From positions 1 through 64,000 of IMG/VR virus record IMGVR_UViG_3300036800_000311: a DNA stretch of 64,000 nt. One strand, 5' to 3'. This document shows, one piece after another, positions 59,463-64,000 of this stretch. Positions within the stretch are counted from its first letter, which is position 1. Every line of letters begins with the position of its first letter. Both the position numbers and the translations under genes were made by a program. Source of the DNA: a virus. The notes under the pieces are model-generated. The model did no database searches. It worked only from the letters and a program-made list of their open reading frames with translations, and was not told the origin of the DNA.

Positions 59463-60137
59463 CTAGCGCGGTGGGCGGCTGGCGGAACGCGCGGCGGCCT
59501 CCGCGAGGCAGAACCCGCAGCGCCCCGACTCGGACGGCTCGATCATCGGGGCGGCGCACTCAACGCAGAGGACGCGCTCCCTCCGAGCGGTCCGGGGGCG
59601 CGTCCGCTGGGCGGCCTGCGGCGATGCTCCGCTTCGGCGCAGCAGGGCGCGGACGGCGTTCGACGTGACCCCGCACGCCTCGCCGATCTCCAGTGGGGAC
59701 TCTCCGTCCGCAAAGCGTCGGAGCACCTCGTCTCGCGACAGCGCGGATCGCTGCTCCCTGGTCGCGCGAGAGCAGGGCTTGCACAACGTCGGAGCCTGGG
59801 AGGCGCCATTGGAGCCGTCGGTCGGCCTCCCGCAGACGCGACACGTACCGCGGTATCGGAGCCTCAAGGCCTGATGCTTCGCTCCGTCTGGATCGGTCAG
59901 CCACATCCCGGCGGTCGAGCGCGCGACGCCCATCTCGGCGGCGATCTCGCGGGCGGTCATCCCCTCCGCCCGGAGTCCCTGGGCGATCCTCACGCTCTCG
60001 CGACGACAGAGTCCGCCAGACGACGGCGGACTCTGAGCGTAGCCTGGCTCTAACTGCTGCGGATGGCTCGCATCGGAGCGCTGCCGCGGATCACGCGCTT
60101 GATCATCACCCACCTCCTTCCCCTGCGTCGAGTGCAT
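59463..60137 (-). CDS. HTH and zinc-finger DNA-binding protein (start uncertain)
   Basis: GMTAREIAAEMGVARST, GESPLEIGEACGVT, CxxC pairs. Confidence 0.6.
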   Translation of the reverse strand: MHSTQGKEVGDDQARDPRQRSDASHPQQLEPGYAQSPPSSGGLCRRESVRIAQGLRAEGMTAREIAAEMGVARSTAGMWLTDPDGAKHQALRLRYRGTCRVCGRPTDGSNGASQAPTLCKPCSRATREQRSALSRDEVLRRFADGESPLEIGEACGVTSNAVRALLRRSGASPQAAQRTRPRTARRERVLCVECAAPMIEPSESGRCGFCLAEAAARSASRPPR

Positions 60138-60853
60138 AGGGCCAAGGCTAGCGCCTGGTGCGCCACGGCCTCGCCACTCGCGAGACTCGCTGGGGATGCG
60201 CCGAGCGGCGAGGCCGAGCGCGGGTCGGAGGGTACCCACTAGGCATTCCTCCTACGCGCCCGTATAGTTCTCCGCAAGCCATCCGGTCGCCGAGCCCTCT
60301 CTCCCGGCGATCAGGGGCCAGAGGGAGGGACGCTTCGGCGTCCGTTGTCCGCGGAATGCCGAAGCGTTCCCCCGCGCCCTAAAGGCATCCTCGCGGGCGG
60401 CCGATACCCGGGGTCATGAGAACCTCAGACCATCAGCCACCACGGATCACCACCCCGATGCACGTCCTCGCCTGGCAGGTCCTTCACGGACCCGCGGATC
60501 AGGTCGGCGCGTTCGCCGACGCGCTCGCGCAGCTCGTCCTAGAGGCCGGAGAGGCGGCGGGATAGCCTCACGAGGTAACCCCTTGGCGTACGTACTTCTA
60601 TCCCGAAAGGGCGGTAGCGGCCTCCCGAGTCATCGTCCCTCGGGCTTCTGTAACCGAATCCCTACTACGGACGCGAAGTTCCTACCTCGTTACGCTTGCT
60701 ACCCCAGGTCGAGTGATCGGTCCGCGCGCCAGTGTTGCCGCTCGTCCGGCCCGAGCTCGATCCAGTCGCGTGCTGATATCCGCCGTAAGTGACTGCCTGT
60801 AGCCGCGCTGACGGTCCGCTGGGTCTGTTCGGAAAGTGGTCCCCCGGCCGTTC

Positions 60854-61303
60854 CTAGCGCCACCTCCTCTTCTGGACGCGCTGGTTATTCTGACGTGAAC
60901 TTCTCGTCTTCTGGAGGCGACTAGTCATTGCTACCGCCTGCGACTTCGTCATGCGGTCGTGCGGCACTCCGCCGAGTTTGATGATGTACGTGATCTGCTT
61001 CGGAGTGGCTAGTCCCTTGGGCGAGGCGACCTTCGGGGCGTTCTCGCGCCTGCTAGGACCGCGTTCACGATGGAAGAGTTCGTGGCAGTGGCGACAAAGG
61101 ACCGTCAGGTCGGCTGGTCGCTCGTTTCCTAACCGTTCGTAGGTCCGATGATGGACGTCGAGCTTGCGGTTCGAGTTGCAGACCTGGCAACGATTCTCGG
61201 CGCGTAGCAGCGCCTGGGCACGGACCCCTCGCCAGTGGTCCGAGGTGAGGTATTCACTCCGGTACCTTCGCTGCGCTTCCGTAGGGTCGACGGAAGCGCT
61301 CAT
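60854..61303 (-). CDS. HNH endonuclease
   Basis: YLTSDHW, RCQVC, LDVHHRTY, DLTVLCRHCH; ATPKQITYI. Confidence 0.85.
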   Translation of the reverse strand: MSASVDPTEAQRRYRSEYLTSDHWRGVRAQALLRAENRCQVCNSNRKLDVHHRTYERLGNERPADLTVLCRHCHELFHRERGPSRRENAPKVASPKGLATPKQITYIIKLGGVPHDRMTKSQAVAMTSRLQKTRSSRQNNQRVQKRRWR

Positions 61304-61336
61304 ACGGTATGCTTGGGGGGCGTCCTCACAACGCGA

Positions 61337-61374
61337 ATTATACGCCCCGGGTGGCCCAGAGTCCCCGGGGCGTA
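61337..61374 (-). promoter_or_regulatory. TATAAT box overlapped by an 11-bp inverted repeat
   Basis: ATTATA at 61337-61342; TACGCCCCGGG (61341-51) / CCCGGGGCGTA (61364-74). Confidence 0.5.
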
Positions 61375-61483
61375 CTTATTCCCCGGCTCCCGAGCCTGGC
61401 GGGGCGCTTTGCTTTGGGTGACCGGGTGCTCGCCGCTCCGGACGGTATACTACGCCGCGATATGAGCGACCCCAGGAGGCAGC

Positions 61484-61630
61484 ATGGGACTAGATGGACC
61501 CAGCCGCAGAATCGTGTACGAGCCGGTAGAGGAGCCGAGCACCGAGCCGCGAGGGCCATCGACGCCGGAGTCCGAGCCCGAGCGCACTCCTACGTCCCCG
61601 TCCCGAGAGCGCGACCCCGTCTCGGCGTAG
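61484..61630 (+). CDS. Small Pro/Glu-rich protein (48 aa)
   Basis: AGGAGG RBS; MGLDGPSRRIVYEPVEEP... Confidence 0.55.
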   Translation: MGLDGPSRRIVYEPVEEPSTEPRGPSTPESEPERTPTSPSRERDPVSA

Positions 61631-61644
61631 GCCTGTTCCGGGAG

Positions 61645-62483
61645 ATGGCGAAGGTCTCCGAGGCGGTGTTGCAGATGACGTTGACGTTCTCCGTCAGCAC
61701 CCGCGAGATGTCCGAGGTGATGGCCGCCCTGTCGGCGACCATCTACGGCTCGGGCGGTGCGATCCCCGTCCGGCGGGAGGTCGAGGTCGTCGGCACCGTG
61801 GAGTTCGAGGACCCGCCGCCAGTTCGTCGCGCGGGGAAGGCGATCGGCTACCGCTGGTGGACGCTGGACGGGTACCGGCTGATGTCGGCGAACGCCGTGA
61901 TGAGGAAGTACTGGGAGATCGGCCCGAACGAGGCGGTCTGTCACTTCTCGGAGTACGCGGCCCTCGGGACGCTCCGGGTCACGGCTCGCGGCGGCGCTCC
62001 CCCCGGCCACGAGGCCCCGCACCCGGACTGCGAGTGCGGTCTCTACGCCTGGTACGACGTCCCGAGCCACCCGGAGCGGGCGGTCACGGCGCTGAGCTCG
62101 GTCATCTACGGAGCACCGCCAGCCGACGCCTCGCTCCGCGTCTACGGGGCGGTCACACGGCGTGGGGTCCGATCGACGCCCACCCGACGGGCTTCCGCTC
62201 GCGGTTCGCGGAGGCGGTCGTCCTCGCGTACGACCCGGATCAGCCCTATCGGCACGTCGTCCGCGTCCAGGCCATCGCGTCGGAGATGGGCGTCCCCTGC
62301 GTCGAGCTCGAGGATCTCCGGGCGGCCGCGGCGGACCACGGCGAGGAGATCCCGGTCGACCTGCGCCCCTTGGAAAGTCATATCGTTGCGGATCTTCGAG
62401 CGTACGCTCAGACGTACGCCCAGGCGACCAACCCACACATGGCCCGTTCGGCCCATGGCAACCCGCTCTGGCAGATGCCTTGA
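61645..62483 (+). pseudogene. Phage protein (H-x-x-P-x-x-x-CxCG motif) with a frameshift near 62155
   Basis: GYRWW...HEAPHPDCECGLYA...VYGAVT continues as AWGPIDAHPTGFRS in another frame. Confidence 0.6.
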
Positions 62484-62571
62484 GCGGAGCGCGCCGCTCT
62501 CCCCGCTACGCTTCGCCTCTCGGGGCCGACGCCTGCCAAGACACCTCGGCCCCGACCGCCCTCGACCCGCC

Positions 62572-62595
62572 GCCCCCGGGTCGGGGGCTTTTTTT
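62572..62595 (+). terminator. Intrinsic terminator
   Basis: GCCCCCG/CGGGGGC stem followed by T7. Confidence 0.8.
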
Positions 62596-62621
62596 GTTCC
62601 GGCCGCGACGGCTAGTATACT
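62594..62621 (+). promoter_or_regulatory. Sigma-70-type promoter
   Basis: TTGTTC-16 nt-TATACT upstream of the methyltransferase. Confidence 0.55.
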
Positions 62622-62638
62622 GCTGGGTATGGACGCTG

Positions 62639-64000
62639 ATGGTCGATGAGCTCGTCTTCGGATCCTGCTTCTCGGGCGTCGGGGGCATCGACCTCGGACT
62701 CGAGCGAGCGGGGATGCGAGTCGCCTGGCAGTGCGAGTCCGATCCCTGGAGACGAGGGATCCTCGCCCGGCACTGGTCCGGAGTCCCCTGCTACGAAGAT
62801 ATCCGCGTGCTCGCTCGCGATTCGGGGGCGCGAGGGCGGAGCGCAGGCCGAGGTAGCGGACCTGCCGAGCCTGCGAGCGTCGGCTGGGGGTTCCAGTCGG
62901 GCGATGGTCTTCAATCCGCGAGTAGAAGGGAGCAAACCACGAATGGGGATCTCCGGGGAAGTAGTGAGCACGCTTCATGTCGGTCAGATCCCGGGTTCGT
63001 TGACCTCCTCGCAGGCGGCGTCCCATGCCAGGACTGGAGCGTCGCGGGTCGACGGAGGGGCCTCGCTGGGGGACGATCCGGCCTCTTCTTCGAGTTCGCC
63101 CGAGTCGCAGATGAGCTTGTTCGGCCCGCTGGATTCGTTCTCTTCGAGAACGTCCCGGGTCTCCTCTCCGCCTGCTCCTGTCAGGGATGCCGAGACCTGG
63201 GCGAGCTTCTACGAGTCCATCAGCGCGGACGGGGGGGGGCTGTCGTCGATGCCGGACGAGATCCTGGTCCTGGCCTCTTTGAGGATTCCCTGGGCGATGG
63301 TCCCGTCGATCCGCGCGGCTGTCCGTGTCGCCGCTGCGACGAGGCCCGGCGCCTCCGCTCCGAGCACGCGGGGACGGACTTCTGGGTGGTCCTGTCCACG
63401 CTTGGGAACCTCGGGTTTCACGACCTCGCCTGGCGAGTGCTGGACAGTCGGCACTTCGGAGTTCCCCAGCGGAGGAGGCGAGTCTTCGTCCTTGCCCGAC
63501 GTGCTCGTGGGCGATCCTGCTGCGAGATTCTCCTTGAGTCCGAGGGCGGCGCGGGGGATCCTGCGCCGCGCGGAGAAGAGGGGCCGCGAGTTGCCGCGAG
63601 CCTTGCGAGCGGCTCTCACGGACCTGGCGTGAGCGCGCCGGGGCGACGGCAGGAGGATGACGTGAACATCGTCGCGAGTTCGATTCAGCGCTCTGGCCCC
63701 CCAGGTTCGCGCCGAGAGGACGAGTCGTCGCTCGTCTTCGGCGTGGATGTGTCGGCCACCCTCAAGGGCCATCGCGGGAAGGGCGGCGGGGGACTTGGCC
63801 CGGAGGAGACGCTGGTCTCCCATACGCTGACCTCGGGCGGATTCGACGCGAGTGAGGACGGTAGCGGCCGCGGCACTCCGCTAGTCGCCTCGGTCTCGGA
63901 GAACCAGCGGGGCGAGGTCCTGGAGACCGACTACGCCCACCAACTCACGACCGGCGGCGGGAAGCCTGGTCAGGGATTCTCGGCGGCTCGGATCGGATCG
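62639..64000 (+). CDS. C5 DNA cytosine methyltransferase, 3'-partial (absent from the ORF track because it has no stop in the window)
   Basis: Manual translation: motif I FSGVGG, IV GGVPCQDWS, VI ENVPG, VIII QRRRRVF. Confidence 0.92.
   Translation, partial: MVDELVFGSCFSGVGGIDLGLERAGMRVAWQCESDPWRRGILARHWSGVPCYEDIRVLARDSGARGRSAGRGSGPAEPASVGWGFQSGDGLQSASRREQTTNGDLRGSSEHASCRSDPGFVDLLAGGVPCQDWSVAGRRRGLAGGRSGLFFEFARVADELVRPAGFVLFENVPGLLSACSCQGCRDLGELLRVHQRGRGGAVVDAGRDPGPGLFEDSLGDGPVDPRGCPCRRCDEARRLRSEHAGTDFWVVLSTLGNLGFHDLAWRVLDSRHFGVPQRRRRVFVLARRARGRSCCEILLESEGGAGDPAPRGEEGPRVAASLASGSHGPGVSAPGRRQEDDVNIVASSIQRSGPPGSRREDESSLVFGVDVSATLKGHRGKGGGGLGPEETLVSHTLTSGGFDASEDGSGRGTPLVASVSENQRGEVLETDYAHQLTTGGGKPGQGFSAARIGS
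62646..63632 (+). CDS. Overlapping +1-frame ORF, putative methyltransferase beta subunit
   Basis: C-terminus SSLPDVL...FSLSPRAARGILRRAEKRGRELP..L..AL; possible internal start at MSLF. Confidence 0.6.
   Translation: MSSSSDPASRASGASTSDSSERGCESPGSASPIPGDEGSSPGTGPESPATKISACSLAIRGREGGAQAEVADLPSLRASAGGSSRAMVFNPRVEGSKPRMGISGEVVSTLHVGQIPGSLTSSQAASHARTGASRVDGGASLGDDPASSSSSPESQMSLFGPLDSFSSRTSRVSSPPAPVRDAETWASFYESISADGGGLSSMPDEILVLASLRIPWAMVPSIRAAVRVAAATRPGASAPSTRGRTSGWSCPRLGTSGFTTSPGECWTVGTSEFPSGGGESSSLPDVLVGDPAARFSLSPRAARGILRRAEKRGRELPRALRAALTDLA

Noticed and set aside
60050-60119. 18-aa ORF (MIKRVIRGSAPMRAIRSS) behind a strong AAGGAGGTG, as a possible type I toxin
   Set aside because: Not hydrophobic, no evident antitoxin, and too short to support

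Overview
This 64 kb window is part of a high-GC tailed phage (siphovirus-like; no host genes, integrase or att site visible). The host is probably an actinobacterium, and the Rpf and NlpC/P60 sequence styles tentatively suggest Thermoleophilia/Solirubrobacterales. Bases 1-49.3 kb form a + strand morphogenesis and lysis arm: an intein-containing minor head protein, a beta-helix spike, a sigma factor, prohead protease/scaffold, a Mu gpT-like capsid, a 2H phosphoesterase, a Ser/Thr/Ala repeat protein, a glycosyltransferase/methyltransferase/JAB island, neck and tail genes, a frameshifted tail chaperone, a 2082-aa tape measure with two muralytic domains, minor tail proteins and a lysis cassette. 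Bases 49.4-61.4 kb hold mostly small - strand genes, methyltransferases, an Rpf and HNH genes; a C5 DNA methyltransferase runs off the right end. Three observations stand out. (1) The intein's apparent endonuclease is encoded on the opposite strand, with its own Shine-Dalgarno and -10 box written into the intein's C-terminal splicing blocks. (2) A recurring [LMI]-R-E-[AS] motif looks like the prohead-protease site and also flanks an Acb1-like 2H phosphodiesterase, suggesting a capsid-packaged anti-defence enzyme. (3) A free-standing JAB protease sits inside a putative virion-glycosylation island. All functional calls come from motif recognition by eye; no database search was run.
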